A DNA stretch of 64,000 nt from Candidatus Microgenomates bacterium (GCA_015485895.1 WFSR01000012.1:3201-67200); one strand, 5' to 3'. Positions 7,624-18,472 are shown, numbered from the stretch's first letter. The notes: generated by a model from the letters alone, not told the origin. Made by a program: numbers and translations.

Positions 7624-9032
7624 AATCACTTTGTCAATTGCCATTATTGGAATTACGGAAAAAGCTTGGGGCGAAAAAGCTAAGCCCCCAAGAGCTTTGG
7701 GCTGAGTGCCAAAAAGCGATTGCGGAGAAGGATGGAAAAATTCATGCCTTTCTGACCCATATTTTACAGTTACAATTACCAGCGGAATGGCAAAAAACCG
7801 AATTAAAGGGCATCCCCTTCGCAGTTAAAGATAATCTTTCGACAGCTAATTTACTAACGACGGCCGGGTCGCAAATTTTGAAAGGCTACCGGCCGCCTTA
7901 TACGGCTACGGTAGTAGAACGGCTGCAAAAAGCCGGCGGTGTGATTTTGGGGAAAACTAATTGTGACGCTTTTGCCTTTGGGGCGTCGGGGGAAAACTCT
8001 GGTTACGGGCCGACCCATAACCCCTATGATTTAAGCCGCGTGCCAGGGGGATCGTCAAGCGGATCGGCGGCGGCCGTAGCGGCGGGGATGGCAGTTTTTG
8101 CCCTGGGAACAGATACCGGCGGTTCGATCCGCCAGCCAGCGGCTTTTTGTGGGGTAGTCGGATTAAAGCCAACTTACGGCCGCTGTTCGCGTTGGGGGTT
8201 GATTGCGATGGGGTCGTCTTTTGATGTGCCTGGGCCGTTGACCCGAACCGTAGCCGATGCCGCTTTTCTTTTAGGACTAATGGCCGGTTACGACAAACGT
8301 GATGCCACTAGCAGCCAAACACCGGTTGAAAATTATTTGGCAGCTTTGAATGGCAGTTCGGTGCGAGGCTTGCGGGTTGGTTTGGTAGAAGAATTTTTCC
8401 AACATGGTTTGCAGCCGGAAATTAAGAAAGCCGTCATGCGGGTAGCGGATGTTTTAGCCAACAACGGCGCCAAACTGGTTAGAGTACATTTACCCCATCT
8501 TGAGGAGGCGTTGGCGGTTTATTATGTATTGGTACCGGCAGAAATTAGTTCCAACATGGCCCGTTATGATGGTATTCGTTTTGGCTGGCAATCAAAACGG
8601 GGCAAAACAGCGGCGGCAGTAACTGCTTTTAGCCGTGCGGAGGGATTTGAAATGGAGGTAAAGCGACGCATCTTAACCGGCACCTATGTGCTTTCTGCTG
8701 GATACTATGATGCTTACTATCTTCAAGCTTCTCGAGTGCGGACTTTAGTTATCCGGGATTTCCAGGAACTTTTTAATAAGGTTGATGTTCTCTTGGGACC
8801 AACAACGCCGACAACTGCTTTTAAATTAGGTGAAAAAACTGCCGATCCAGTGGCAATGTATCTTTCCGACATTTTTACTGTGCCCGCTAACGTGGCTGGC
8901 TTGCCAGCCATTTCCTTGCCCTTTGGCCGTGACCAAAAAAATTTGCCAATTGGCGTTCAACTTATTGGTAATCGGTTTCAGGAAGGGGAAATTTTACGGG
9001 TTGCCCATTTTTTGGAGAATTATGCTTGCTGA
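7620..9032 (+). CDS. gatA: Asp/Glu-tRNA amidotransferase subunit A
   Basis: Amidase signature GGSSSGSAAAVA, GTDTGGSIRQPA, SSNMARYDG and EVKRRILTG. Confidence 0.97.
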   Translation: MKSLCQLPLLELRKKLGAKKLSPQELWAECQKAIAEKDGKIHAFLTHILQLQLPAEWQKTELKGIPFAVKDNLSTANLLTTAGSQILKGYRPPYTATVVERLQKAGGVILGKTNCDAFAFGASGENSGYGPTHNPYDLSRVPGGSSSGSAAAVAAGMAVFALGTDTGGSIRQPAAFCGVVGLKPTYGRCSRWGLIAMGSSFDVPGPLTRTVADAAFLLGLMAGYDKRDATSSQTPVENYLAALNGSSVRGLRVGLVEEFFQHGLQPEIKKAVMRVADVLANNGAKLVRVHLPHLEEALAVYYVLVPAEISSNMARYDGIRFGWQSKRGKTAAAVTAFSRAEGFEMEVKRRILTGTYVLSAGYYDAYYLQASRVRTLVIRDFQELFNKVDVLLGPTTPTTAFKLGEKTADPVAMYLSDIFTVPANVAGLPAISLPFGRDQKNLPIGVQLIGNRFQEGEILRVAHFLENYAC

Positions 9033-10278
9033 TTCTTATCGTCATGTTCTCCGCAACACCAACTTTGTAAAAGTTTGGGCCTCGCAAATTTTTTCGCAAT
9101 TGACGATCAATATGGTTAACTTTATTTTGATTAATGAAATTTTTGAGAATAGTCATTCTACTGTGGCTGTTTCTTTGCTCTGGATTTTTTACAGTCTCCC
9201 GGCGGTTTTTTTGGGTCCTTTCTCGGGCTTTTTTGTGGATATCTGGGATAAACGCAAAATAATGATGGTTACTAATTTTTTTCAGGCGCTAACGGTGGCT
9301 AGCTTGCTTTTGGTGGGTAAACACTTCTATCTTATTTATGTGGCGGTTTTGGTTTACGCTATTTTCAACCAATTTTATAGCCCAACCGAAGCTGCCGTAC
9401 TTCCAGAGGTGGTGGCTACAAAGCAGTTGCCAGCTGCTAACAGCTTTTTTTTGTTCACGGCTCAGCTCTCTTTTTTGGTGGGGTTTGGCATGGCCAGTAT
9501 TCTCTTGCAATTTTTGCCAGGAGTTACACTTTTGGCTATTTCTGCGGGATTGCTTTTATTGGCCACTTTGGCAGTAGCGCTTTTACCAGCTAACCGACTT
9601 ATTGGCCAACGTCACCATCATTATGATTGGAATGGGCTTTGGTTAGATATCCAACAAGGAGTGCAATTTTTGTTAAAAGGGGGACGTCTAGTATTAGCAG
9701 GCTTTTTAATCATTGCCCTTTTCCAAATGGCAAGCTCAGCAGCGGCGACAATTCTTCCCGTTTTGACGGAGACAGTTTTACATCGCTCGCTCCGTGATGC
9801 CGGGGTTTTCCTTGTAGTTCCCCTAGCTGTAGGCCTTATTGGTGGTAGTTACCTTTTCAGCCGGAATGCCCAACGGCTTCGTAAAAAATATTGGATTGTA
9901 GGGGGATCGATCGGAACGGGGATAGCCATTCTTTATATTGCTCTTTTGGATTGTTTTTTCCACCAGTATGTTTGGCGGACAGCTATGGTAACTATTTCAC
10001 TTTTCGTTTTAGGAGTTAGTTTAGCTTCGGTGGTAATTCCGGCACAAACTTTTATTCAAGAATTCACGCCGGCGAAAATCCGCGGCCGGGTTTTTTCCCT
10101 CTTGAGCGCCACTATGAATTTGGCAACCATTCTTCCTTTGCTGATTATCGCTAGTCTAATTGATATTTTAGGCATCCGTTTGCTACTATTAGTTGTTGGA
10201 GGGACAGCTATCTTTTTGGGGTTATTTATTTCACGCCATATCAATGCCATCATTGTTCATACCAATCATCGGGCTTGA
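9022..10278 (+). CDS. MFS transporter
   Basis: About 12 hydrophobic segments, GFFVDIWDKRK (MFS motif A-like) and TPAKIRGRVFS. Start taken at ATG 9022, overlapping the gatA stop. Confidence 0.88.
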   Translation: MLADSYRHVLRNTNFVKVWASQIFSQLTINMVNFILINEIFENSHSTVAVSLLWIFYSLPAVFLGPFSGFFVDIWDKRKIMMVTNFFQALTVASLLLVGKHFYLIYVAVLVYAIFNQFYSPTEAAVLPEVVATKQLPAANSFFLFTAQLSFLVGFGMASILLQFLPGVTLLAISAGLLLLATLAVALLPANRLIGQRHHHYDWNGLWLDIQQGVQFLLKGGRLVLAGFLIIALFQMASSAAATILPVLTETVLHRSLRDAGVFLVVPLAVGLIGGSYLFSRNAQRLRKKYWIVGGSIGTGIAILYIALLDCFFHQYVWRTAMVTISLFVLGVSLASVVIPAQTFIQEFTPAKIRGRVFSLLSATMNLATILPLLIIASLIDILGIRLLLLVVGGTAIFLGLFISRHINAIIVHTNHRA

Positions 10279-11581
10279 GGTCCATTTCGAATTAAAGACT
10301 AACAGCAAGATGTTCTGCGGTTGTTCGGCCCAGCACTTTCGCCAGCCGGCTAATACCCATCTTTGTCCAACCTGTTTAGGCTTACCGGGATCTTTGCCGG
10401 TACCTAACCAGCGAGCGATTGAGATGACTGTTTTAATGGCTTTAGCTGTAAAAGCGAAAATTAACCGCCGGTTCTTTTTTGAGCGGAAGAATTATTTTTA
10501 CCCTGATTTGCCTAAAGGATATCAAATTAGCCAGCATATTTCGCCAATTGGTGAAGGGGGAACGGTGCCCGTTTTACTGGGAGGCAAATATGTCGCGGTG
10601 GCTCTTCACGATATTCATCTCGAAGAGGATACTGCCAAGTTGGAGCATCATGGCGATGAGGTCTGGATTGATTTTAATCGTAGTGGTGTGCCTCTGGTGG
10701 AGGTGGTTACCCAACCGGTCTTGCATTCGGCAGCGGCCGCTAAAGCTTATGTCAAGCGGATTCAGCAACTGGTTCGCTGGCTGAGGATTTCCGACGCCGA
10801 TATGGAAAAGGGTTCAATGCGTTTGGAGGCCAATATCTCTTTAGCCACTCGACCGAGTGATGGCGAAGAAATAGAATTGCCCAGCTATCGGGTAGAAGTG
10901 AAGAATTTGAATTCTTTTCGTTTTTTAGAAAAGGCGATTAACTATGAAATTGAAAGGCAGAAAAAGATTTGGCAAAACGGCAAGCAACCAGTTCAGGAAA
11001 CGCGAGGGTTCGACGCCCAGCAAGGGGTAACATTTGGCCAACGCCGTAAAGAAGTGGCTAAAGATTACCGTTATTTCCCGGATCCAGACATTCCGCCTTT
11101 GGAATTAACTTCTTCTGCTATTGCAAGACTGAGGAAACAATTGCCTCGTTTGCCATGGGAAGAAGAAAAAATGTGGCAGGAAAGATATGGTCTCGATTGG
11201 CAATTGAGCCAAACGTTGGTGGCCAACGACAAAGCTCGAGAATTTTGGCAGATGTTGGTTCCCTGGATTAAAAATCGTGACCAGGCCCAAAAAATTGCCA
11301 AATTAATTGTGAACAAGCCGGATCGTTGGCAAGGAAAAAAACCAGCCAAATTTTGGCAGGAATGGCAAAAAGGGCAAAATGAGCGGCTTGGCGGAGCAAA
11401 GTTAGCTGAAATTGTATCCCAGGTAATTGTAGAGGAAACAAAGGCGGTGGCTGATTATCGGCGGGGGAAAATTAGCGCCCTTGGGTATCTGGTAGGGCAA
11501 GTGCAACGGCTGGCACGAGGTAAGGCTGACCCCCGGGAAGCTCAGCAATTACTACAACAAGAATTGACTAACAATGGCTAA
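10244..11581 (+). CDS. gatB: Asp/Glu-tRNA amidotransferase subunit B
   Basis: IGLEVH, RKNYFYPDLPKGYQISQ, NRSGVPLVEV and DYRYFPDPD. Start taken at ATG 10244. Confidence 0.97.
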   Translation: MPSLFIPIIGLEVHFELKTNSKMFCGCSAQHFRQPANTHLCPTCLGLPGSLPVPNQRAIEMTVLMALAVKAKINRRFFFERKNYFYPDLPKGYQISQHISPIGEGGTVPVLLGGKYVAVALHDIHLEEDTAKLEHHGDEVWIDFNRSGVPLVEVVTQPVLHSAAAAKAYVKRIQQLVRWLRISDADMEKGSMRLEANISLATRPSDGEEIELPSYRVEVKNLNSFRFLEKAINYEIERQKKIWQNGKQPVQETRGFDAQQGVTFGQRRKEVAKDYRYFPDPDIPPLELTSSAIARLRKQLPRLPWEEEKMWQERYGLDWQLSQTLVANDKAREFWQMLVPWIKNRDQAQKIAKLIVNKPDRWQGKKPAKFWQEWQKGQNERLGGAKLAEIVSQVIVEETKAVADYRRGKISALGYLVGQVQRLARGKADPREAQQLLQQELTNNG

Positions 11582-14500
11582 AAGAAACGAATTTGTTCAT
11601 CTCCATGTCCATAGTGAATATTCTCTCTTGGATGGTTTGAGTAAGATTAAGCCCCTGGTTGCTCGGGCTAAGGAACTAGGAATGAAAAGTTTAGCTTTAA
11701 CTGACCACGGAGCAATGTACGGGACTATTAAATTTTACAATGCTTGCCGGGCGGCGGGGATAAAACCTATTGTTGGTGTTGAAGCCTACATGACGTCCGG
11801 ATCACGCCTAGATAGGACGAGGGGGAAAGGTGATTACTCTCACCTCGTGCTCTTGGCAAAAAATTTTCAGGGTTACCAAAATTTGCTGAAGTTGGTCTCG
11901 GCAGCATATCTAGAGGGTTTTTATTATAAGCCCCGGATTGATTGGGAGGTTCTGGGAAAGTACCATCAAGGGTTAATTGCCAGTAGTGCTTGCTTGAAGG
12001 GGCTAATTCCTTCACTTTTGCTGCAGGGGAAAGAAAATGAAGCTCGCCAAACAGTAAAGCGTTTTCTTGATCTCTTTGGCGAAGACTTTTATTTGGAGAT
12101 CCAGAGTCATCCCGGCATTAAAGACCAAGCAATAGCCAACAAAAAAATTATAACTCTTTCCCGAGAGTTGGGAGTGCCGTTGCTGGCTACTAATGATGCT
12201 CACTATATTTATCCCGAAGACGCCGAGGGCCAAGATGCCCTTTTAGCTATCCAAACACAATCAAAGCTAACTGATAAAAATAGGCTTTCCCTGATGCATT
12301 CGCCTGATCTTTATTTGAAAACGCCTGAAGAAATGTGGCACGCACTGGGTGAATATCCTGATGCTCTGAAAAATACCCTGCGGGTAGCGGAAAAATGCAA
12401 TGTGGAAATTCCTTTGGGGCAAAAAATTTATCCCCGTTTTCCTCTTCCTGCTGGCGAGACAGCAATTTCTCATTTACGGAATTTAGTTTGGGAACGGTTG
12501 CCACAACGTTATCCTCGGGCCGACAAAAAGGTAAAGGAAAGGGCGGAATATGAACTTTCGGTTATTATCGATAAAGGTTATGCTGAATATTTTCTTATCG
12601 TTCAAGACTTGGTCAATTGGGCTAAGAAGCATGGCATCCGAGTCGGGCCGGGGCGGGGAAGTGCGGCTGGATCTATAGTTTCTTATATTTTGCGGATAAC
12701 CTCTATTGACCCCTTGCGCCACAATTTGCCTTTTGAGCGTTTTCTTAACCCGGAACGGAAATCGACTCCCGATATTGATCTCGATTTTCCTGATGCCCGC
12801 CGAGAGGAAGTTATTGATTATGTTCGCAAAAAGTATGGTGAAAGTCATGTAGCGCAAATTATCACCTTTGGGACAATTGAGGCACGAATGGCGGTCCGTG
12901 ATGTGGCTCGAGTATTGGGCTATCCGTATTCTGTTGGCGATCGGATTGCTAAAATGATTCCTTTTATTCCCGGACATAAAGTCTCTCTTACGAATGCCCT
13001 TAAGGAAAGCCCAGAGCTGAAACGAGCTTATGAGGAGGAGGAAACCACGAGAAAAGTTATTGACTTAGCTAAGAAGATTGAGGGAACAGTGCGCCATGCT
13101 TCGGTGCATGCTGCCGGTGTGGTTATCTCCGATAAGCCGCTAGTAAATTATACTCCGCTCCAACGAGATACCCGCGAGGGTAAAATAACTACTCAATATG
13201 ATATGTATTCTCTAGATCTTAATGTTGATGACAATGCGGTTGGTCTCCTTAAAATGGATTTTCTAGGATTACGCAATTTAACTATTATCGAGGAAACAAT
13301 TAACTTCATTAAACAAACTAAAGAAAAAGGTATCGACTTGTCGGAGATCCCCCTTGATGATGCCAAAGTCTATCAGATGATCACTCGGGGAGATACTACC
13401 GGGGTGTTTCAACTTGAAAGTCAAGGGATGCGTAAGCTGGCTCGAAAATTACAACCGCAGCGATTTTCGGACTTATCGGCTATGGTGGCTCTTTTCCGAC
13501 CCGGTCCGATGCAATTTATTGATGATTTTATTGCCGGCAAAAAAGATCCTCATAAAATTCACTATCCCCATCCCGACTTAAAACCAGTTTTGGAGGAAAC
13601 TTACGGGATTGCAGTTTATCAAGAGCAATGTATGGAAATTCCCCATGTAATGGCTAGTTATACTTTAGGCGAAGCGGATTTGTTGCGCCGGGCAATTGGC
13701 AAAAAGAAGATTGAGCTGATGCGCCAAGAAAAGAAGCGATTTTTGGAGCGGGCGGTAAAAAATGGATATTCTCAAAAGGTTGCCGAAAATGTTTTTTCCT
13801 TGATTGAGAGATTTGCTAGCTATGGTTTTAACAAGGCCCACTCTGTTTCTTATGCGATGATTGCTTACCAGACGGCCTGGTTAAAAGCTAATTATCCGGT
13901 GGAATTTATGGCTGCTTTGCTAACCGCCGAAGCCGGGGCTGGCCAAGGTCATGAGGAAAAAGTGGCCCGAGCAATTCAAGAGTGCCGCCGCATGGGCATA
14001 AGAGTACTGCCGCCGGATATTAATAAGTCTAAAGTTGGCTTTACTTTAGAAAAAGACACTAATTCAGCTGGTGGTTTAGCGATTCGCTTTGGTTTATCAG
14101 CTATTAAGAATGTTGGTGAGGCCGCTATTGAAGAAATGACTGCCGCACGAGACAAAAAAGGTGATTTTCAATCGCTGGAAGATTTTTATTATCGCGTTGA
14201 TACCCAGAAGGTAAACAAGAAAGTTCTAGAGAGTTTGATTAAGGTAGGGGCTTTTAATCAGTTTGGGCCCCGTAAGGCCCTCTTGGCGGTGGTAGACCGA
14301 CTTCGGCTGGCAGTTGAAAAATTAAAACACGATCGCCAGCAGGGGCAAACGAGCCTTTTTGGTTTTGGGGGAGGCAGCGAGGAGGTCCACCTACCGAAGG
14401 TGACATTAGATCTTGGCCAGCAATTCTCGGCAGAAGAAAAATTAGAGTTTGAAAAAGAATTACTAGGATTCTATCTTACCAGCCATCCTCTAAAAGATAA

Positions 14501-15065
14501 ATTAGATCGTTATCGATACCTGGCCACCCACAAGATAGATAATGTTTTGGAAGAGGAGAGGCCACTACAAACACGTTTAGTAGGGGTTTTGGAAAACGTT
14601 AGAGTAGTAACTACCAGGAAAACTGGGAGGGCAATGGCGTTTGGTAGTTTACGTGACGAAACAGGGGTTATCGATGTGGTAATTTTCCCTGATTTGCTTG
14701 ACCGGCGTGGCCAGGTGGTAAATGCGGGTATGGTAGTAGTGGTGGAGGGACGAAGTGAACGCCGAGACAATAAAGTAAACATTTTAGTTGATGAAATTAA
14801 TACCCCTGAATCATTTCAAACCCAAGAAGATAATCAACATGGGAATGGCGATGGCAATCAATTAATATTACGTATTCCACCTCATTTTAGTTCTCATAGC
14901 CTTATGGCCCTTAATGAAATTTTGCGCCAGCACCCGGGGTCACAGAAAGTGGTTTTAATTTTTCCAAATGGGAAAGTGCTTCTGCCAAATCAGGGATTGG
15001 ATCTTAACCCCGAAGTTCGTCAACAATTAACACAGCTCTTGGGAAATGAGGGAATGGAAGAATAG
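11574..15065 (+). CDS. dnaE: DNA polymerase III alpha subunit
   Basis: PHP domain HLHVHSEYSLLDG, GRGSAAGS, PDIDLDF, YGFNKAHS and C-terminal OB fold. Confidence 0.98.
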   Translation: MAKRNEFVHLHVHSEYSLLDGLSKIKPLVARAKELGMKSLALTDHGAMYGTIKFYNACRAAGIKPIVGVEAYMTSGSRLDRTRGKGDYSHLVLLAKNFQGYQNLLKLVSAAYLEGFYYKPRIDWEVLGKYHQGLIASSACLKGLIPSLLLQGKENEARQTVKRFLDLFGEDFYLEIQSHPGIKDQAIANKKIITLSRELGVPLLATNDAHYIYPEDAEGQDALLAIQTQSKLTDKNRLSLMHSPDLYLKTPEEMWHALGEYPDALKNTLRVAEKCNVEIPLGQKIYPRFPLPAGETAISHLRNLVWERLPQRYPRADKKVKERAEYELSVIIDKGYAEYFLIVQDLVNWAKKHGIRVGPGRGSAAGSIVSYILRITSIDPLRHNLPFERFLNPERKSTPDIDLDFPDARREEVIDYVRKKYGESHVAQIITFGTIEARMAVRDVARVLGYPYSVGDRIAKMIPFIPGHKVSLTNALKESPELKRAYEEEETTRKVIDLAKKIEGTVRHASVHAAGVVISDKPLVNYTPLQRDTREGKITTQYDMYSLDLNVDDNAVGLLKMDFLGLRNLTIIEETINFIKQTKEKGIDLSEIPLDDAKVYQMITRGDTTGVFQLESQGMRKLARKLQPQRFSDLSAMVALFRPGPMQFIDDFIAGKKDPHKIHYPHPDLKPVLEETYGIAVYQEQCMEIPHVMASYTLGEADLLRRAIGKKKIELMRQEKKRFLERAVKNGYSQKVAENVFSLIERFASYGFNKAHSVSYAMIAYQTAWLKANYPVEFMAALLTAEAGAGQGHEEKVARAIQECRRMGIRVLPPDINKSKVGFTLEKDTNSAGGLAIRFGLSAIKNVGEAAIEEMTAARDKKGDFQSLEDFYYRVDTQKVNKKVLESLIKVGAFNQFGPRKALLAVVDRLRLAVEKLKHDRQQGQTSLFGFGGGSEEVHLPKVTLDLGQQFSAEEKLEFEKELLGFYLTSHPLKDKLDRYRYLATHKIDNVLEEERPLQTRLVGVLENVRVVTTRKTGRAMAFGSLRDETGVIDVVIFPDLLDRRGQVVNAGMVVVVEGRSERRDNKVNILVDEINTPESFQTQEDNQHGNGDGNQLILRIPPHFSSHSLMALNEILRQHPGSQKVVLIFPNGKVLLPNQGLDLNPEVRQQLTQLLGNEGMEE

Positions 15066-15149
15066 AGTGGGACCAATAACTTGAAAGTGAAAAGTTTGAG
15101 TGAAAAGTGAAAAAGAAGTCTAAGCTAAAAATGGAGCTAGGAACTAGGT

Positions 15150-15339
15150 CAAACAAAATCCTAAATCCTAATGACCCAAATCCTAAACAATAACCAAATT
15201 ACCAGATGATTAAATGACCAAAACAAAAGAAGGATGACAAAGATGTTTAAAACATTTGAATTTTGGTCATTTGGTATTGTTTAGAATTTAGAATTTAGGA
15301 TTTAGGTAATTAGGTATTGCCCCGACGAATGTCGGGGCA
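15150..15339. repeat. Palindromic heptamer-rich repeat element, copy 1 (partial), with terminal gccccgac/gtcggggc hairpin
   Basis: aaatcct-type left arm and aggattt/agaattt right arm around core 'aaatgaccaaaacaaaaga...tttggtcattt', which is shared with 19850-20086 and 30050-30277. Confidence 0.85.
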
Positions 15340-15381
15340 GAGGTGATTTGATTATTTTTCTTTAGATGCTAAAATACAGGC

Positions 15382-15702
15382 ATGGCAAATAATTTTAATT
15401 GGCACGACACTCGGGTAAAAGTAGGTGATGTTGTCCGGGTGGAATATTTAATTAAGGAAAAAGGGAAAGAGCGACAGCAACCTTTTCAGGGACGTGTGAT
15501 TGCTATTAAAGGCAATAGTTTAGCTAGTAAAACTTTTACCGTGCGGCGAATTGCTATCGATAGTATTGGCGTGGAGCGCATATTTCCAGTTCAATCTCCA
15601 TGGATTAGGGATATAAAAGTAGTTGGTAAACCAAGCAAAAAGGTTAAGAGGGCCAAACTTTATTACTTGCGCCAGCGGCATGGGAAAAAGGCCCGTCTTT
15701 GA
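15382..15702 (+). CDS. rplS: 50S ribosomal protein L19
   Basis: GDVVRV, QPFQGRVIA, TFTVRR, GVERIFP and RAKLYYLR. Confidence 0.97.
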   Translation: MANNFNWHDTRVKVGDVVRVEYLIKEKGKERQQPFQGRVIAIKGNSLASKTFTVRRIAIDSIGVERIFPVQSPWIRDIKVVGKPSKKVKRAKLYYLRQRHGKKARL

Positions 15703-16060
15703 GAAAAAGACTTTTGGAGCCCAGGGCGAATCTTTAGCTGCTCAATTTCTTAAGAAACATAAGCTTACGGTTTTGGATCGTAATTTTCGGACCCCTTGGG
15801 GTGAGCTAGATTTAATTGCCAAGGAAAAGGATACTTTGGTTTTTGTGGAGGTTAAAACTCGGCAAACGGATAAGGCTGGTTACCCTGAAGAGGCAATAAA
15901 GAAATGGAAGGTAAGGCATTTAATCCGGGCTGCTTGGCTCTATACCCAAAAGCATCCCGACTTGCCCAGCCGTTGGCGTTTGGATGTAATTGCTATTCGC
16001 TATTCTGGAGGTCAGCCGGAAATTTGCTGGTACCAAAATATTTCTCCGCTCTTTAGTTAG
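15680..16060 (+). CDS. yraN: YraN-family PD-(D/E)xK nuclease-like protein
   Basis: GAQGESLA, RNFR, GELDLIA, LVFVEVKTR and RLDVIAI. Start taken at ATG 15680. Confidence 0.9.
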   Translation: MGKRPVFEKKTFGAQGESLAAQFLKKHKLTVLDRNFRTPWGELDLIAKEKDTLVFVEVKTRQTDKAGYPEEAIKKWKVRHLIRAAWLYTQKHPDLPSRWRLDVIAIRYSGGQPEICWYQNISPLFS

Positions 16061-16306
16061 CTGTGTGTGTTGTTGGAGAATGCCAATGTTGGAAGCAGCT
16101 CATGAAGTAAAAAGTGGCTAGTTGAAAGAGAGGAGGAAAATAAACTAGCGATACTTGCTCCGACAAATATGACAAAAGTAACGATGGGTCATTTTTGATT
16201 TACTAATTATTCTAACATAAGGGGTGTTTTTAAAGAAACAAATGGTTATATTAGATTGTATTAATCTATAAAAAAGAAAAGTTATATAATATTTTAATTT
16301 AGAAAA

Positions 16307-16879
16307 ATGCACATGATCAGTCGCGCAAATATTATAATATTTAATGCAGTAAACCATTTTGCAGGAAACAATATTTTTGTAGATAAATTGGGAACACTTA
16401 TCGCACAATATCTGACAATAGTGTTTATATTATTCCTGATTTATTTGTGGTTTAACAAAAATAAAAAATTTGCTTTATACTCTGGATATTCGGCAATACT
16501 AGGGATTTTATTGAATTTCTTAATTACTTCGTTTTATTTCCACCCCAGGCCTTTTATGGATAAGATAGGCACTCTTTTGATTAAACATAAACCAGAAACG
16601 TCATTTCCCTCAGACCATACAACTTTCATGCTATCTATTGCTTTCATGCTCTTGTATTTTAAAAAAACTAGAAAAATAGGCATAGTTCTTTCCATGTTGG
16701 GAATTTTAGGTGGGATCGCAAGGATATTCTGCGGGCTTCATTACCCATTTGATATTCTAGGTTCAAGTCTTGTAGCTTTGGTTTCTTCTTTTATTATTTT
16801 TACCTTTAAAGATAAACTACGGAGATTTAATAATTTAGTTATAAATTTATACTCTAGGATTATAAAAAATGAAAACTAA
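16307..16879 (+). CDS. PAP2-family undecaprenyl-diphosphate phosphatase (BcrC-like)
   Basis: HPRPF, SFPSDH and ARIFCGLHYPFDI. Confidence 0.9.
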   Translation: MHMISRANIIIFNAVNHFAGNNIFVDKLGTLIAQYLTIVFILFLIYLWFNKNKKFALYSGYSAILGILLNFLITSFYFHPRPFMDKIGTLLIKHKPETSFPSDHTTFMLSIAFMLLYFKKTRKIGIVLSMLGILGGIARIFCGLHYPFDILGSSLVALVSSFIIFTFKDKLRRFNNLVINLYSRIIKNEN

Positions 16880-17891
16880 AATCTTTCACAAATATGTAGT
16901 TACACTCTTATTCTCGATTTTATTATTTGCAACTGGAATTAAAATACATTCAGCCTTAACTGCTCCCCAAGTCTCAGATTGGAATTATCACCAACTCCAA
17001 AAAATAGATCATTCTAAAAGGAATTTCTCATTTGCCGTTTTTGGCGATAATAAAAACTCTGTAAAAACATTTGAAAATCTTATATCAAAACTGAACAATG
17101 ATGATGTTCTCTTTGCTATTGATGATGGAGATCTGGTTTGGGATGGAGAGAGGGAAAAATTTAGATTTTTTCTAAATCAGGTTAAGGGTCTTAATAAACC
17201 ACTATTGACTGTTTTTGGCAATCATGAAGCAAAGGGAAACGGAAGAGATGCCTATTACAATTTATTTGGTCAATTTTATTATTCCTATTTCATAGGGAAT
17301 AGTTACTTTATTGTTTTAGACGATTCAAATGAAAAGAATCTTGATGATGCGCAATTTGCTTGGCTAAAAAATGAGCTTAAAAAGAGTCAAAAGTATAAAT
17401 ATCGTTTCGTCTTTATGCATGTTCCCCTCTATGATCCTCAAAATAACAGTACAACAATTCTTGCTCATGCATTAAAGGATAAAATATTTGCTAAAAAACT
17501 GAACGATCTTTTCGATGAAAACAAGGTAACCATGTTGTTTTGTTCGCATATTCATGGTTATTTCCGAGGAAAATGGGGAAAGACTCCGTACATAATTACG
17601 GGTGGCGGTGGCGCGGAGCTAATGGGAACCGACCCAAAACATTATTTTTATCATTATATTAAAGTAAATGTTAATGACAACTCTGTGCATTACGATGTTG
17701 TCAAACTAAAAAGTCCTGATTTTGAGTTATTGGATAGATGGACTCATGATGCTTGGATATACATTTATGCTTTTTTTGCAGTCCATTTTATTGATGCATT
17801 GTTGGTGATAACGCTAATTTATCTCAGTGTGTATATTATTTTCATAAAGAAAAAGTGGCTTGTTTTTAATCTTAAAAGAGATAAAAGGTGA
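16869..17891 (+). CDS. Membrane-anchored calcineurin-like metallophosphoesterase
   Basis: FGD, GDL, GNHE, MH and SHIH motifs, with N- and C-terminal hydrophobic segments. Confidence 0.9.
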   Translation: MKTKIFHKYVVTLLFSILLFATGIKIHSALTAPQVSDWNYHQLQKIDHSKRNFSFAVFGDNKNSVKTFENLISKLNNDDVLFAIDDGDLVWDGEREKFRFFLNQVKGLNKPLLTVFGNHEAKGNGRDAYYNLFGQFYYSYFIGNSYFIVLDDSNEKNLDDAQFAWLKNELKKSQKYKYRFVFMHVPLYDPQNNSTTILAHALKDKIFAKKLNDLFDENKVTMLFCSHIHGYFRGKWGKTPYIITGGGGAELMGTDPKHYFYHYIKVNVNDNSVHYDVVKLKSPDFELLDRWTHDAWIYIYAFFAVHFIDALLVITLIYLSVYIIFIKKKWLVFNLKRDKR

Positions 17892-18472
17892 TTAATATCT
17901 TAGCATTTATAACAAGTTTTATTAAAATTTCCAAATACTTTGGTGTTTTTATAGGCACTTTTATTGAAGGACCTACGGTAGGAATGTTAACGGGATCTTT
18001 AGCTAGATTGGGTTATCTAAATATTTACTTAGGTTATTTGGTTTATGTTATAGGGGATTTTACTGCCGATTGTTTATACTATGCAATTGGCTATCATGGT
18101 GGGACAGGCTTGTTAAAAAAACTTACTTTTTCATCAAAAACTTTAGCAAAAGTAAAAAAGAGCATGATCTTCTTTAATAATCATTCAAATAAAATAATCT
18201 TCTTTGGAAAACTGACACATTTCCTCGGATTGCCCATCTTGATAGGTGCCGGCTTAGCTCATTATTCTTGGAGGAAGTTCTTGGTTTTGGATTTAATCGC
18301 TACCTTAATAAAATCTGCTGTAATTATATCAATAGGCTTCTATTTAACATCTTTTTGGGTAGGGATAGACAATGCGATAAACTATGTTGGATTAACCATT
18401 ACCTTTTTGGCCACAATCCTTTTAGTTTATTTTTTAATTAAATTAAGTAACAAAAAGAGAAAGTTACCATGA
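17888..18472 (+). CDS. DedA/VTT-family membrane protein
   Basis: TFIEGP, GDFTADCLYYAIGYHGG and IFFGKLTHFLG. GTG start. Confidence 0.85.
   Translation: MINILAFITSFIKISKYFGVFIGTFIEGPTVGMLTGSLARLGYLNIYLGYLVYVIGDFTADCLYYAIGYHGGTGLLKKLTFSSKTLAKVKKSMIFFNNHSNKIIFFGKLTHFLGLPILIGAGLAHYSWRKFLVLDLIATLIKSAVIISIGFYLTSFWVGIDNAINYVGLTITFLATILLVYFLIKLSNKKRKLP

Noticed and set aside
8830-10243. Long N-terminal extensions given for the MFS (8830) and gatB (10193) ORFs
   Set aside because: They overlap upstream genes extensively. Downstream ATGs at 9022 and 10244 fit family N-termini.
11574-15065. Intein or split in dnaE
   Set aside because: Length and motif spacing are normal and no intein signatures were seen.
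16061-16306. Transposase remnant or att site at the left edge of the PAP2 cassette
   Set aside because: No recognisable IS ends, direct repeat or tRNA fragment was found. The minus ORF 16145-16408 has no motif.
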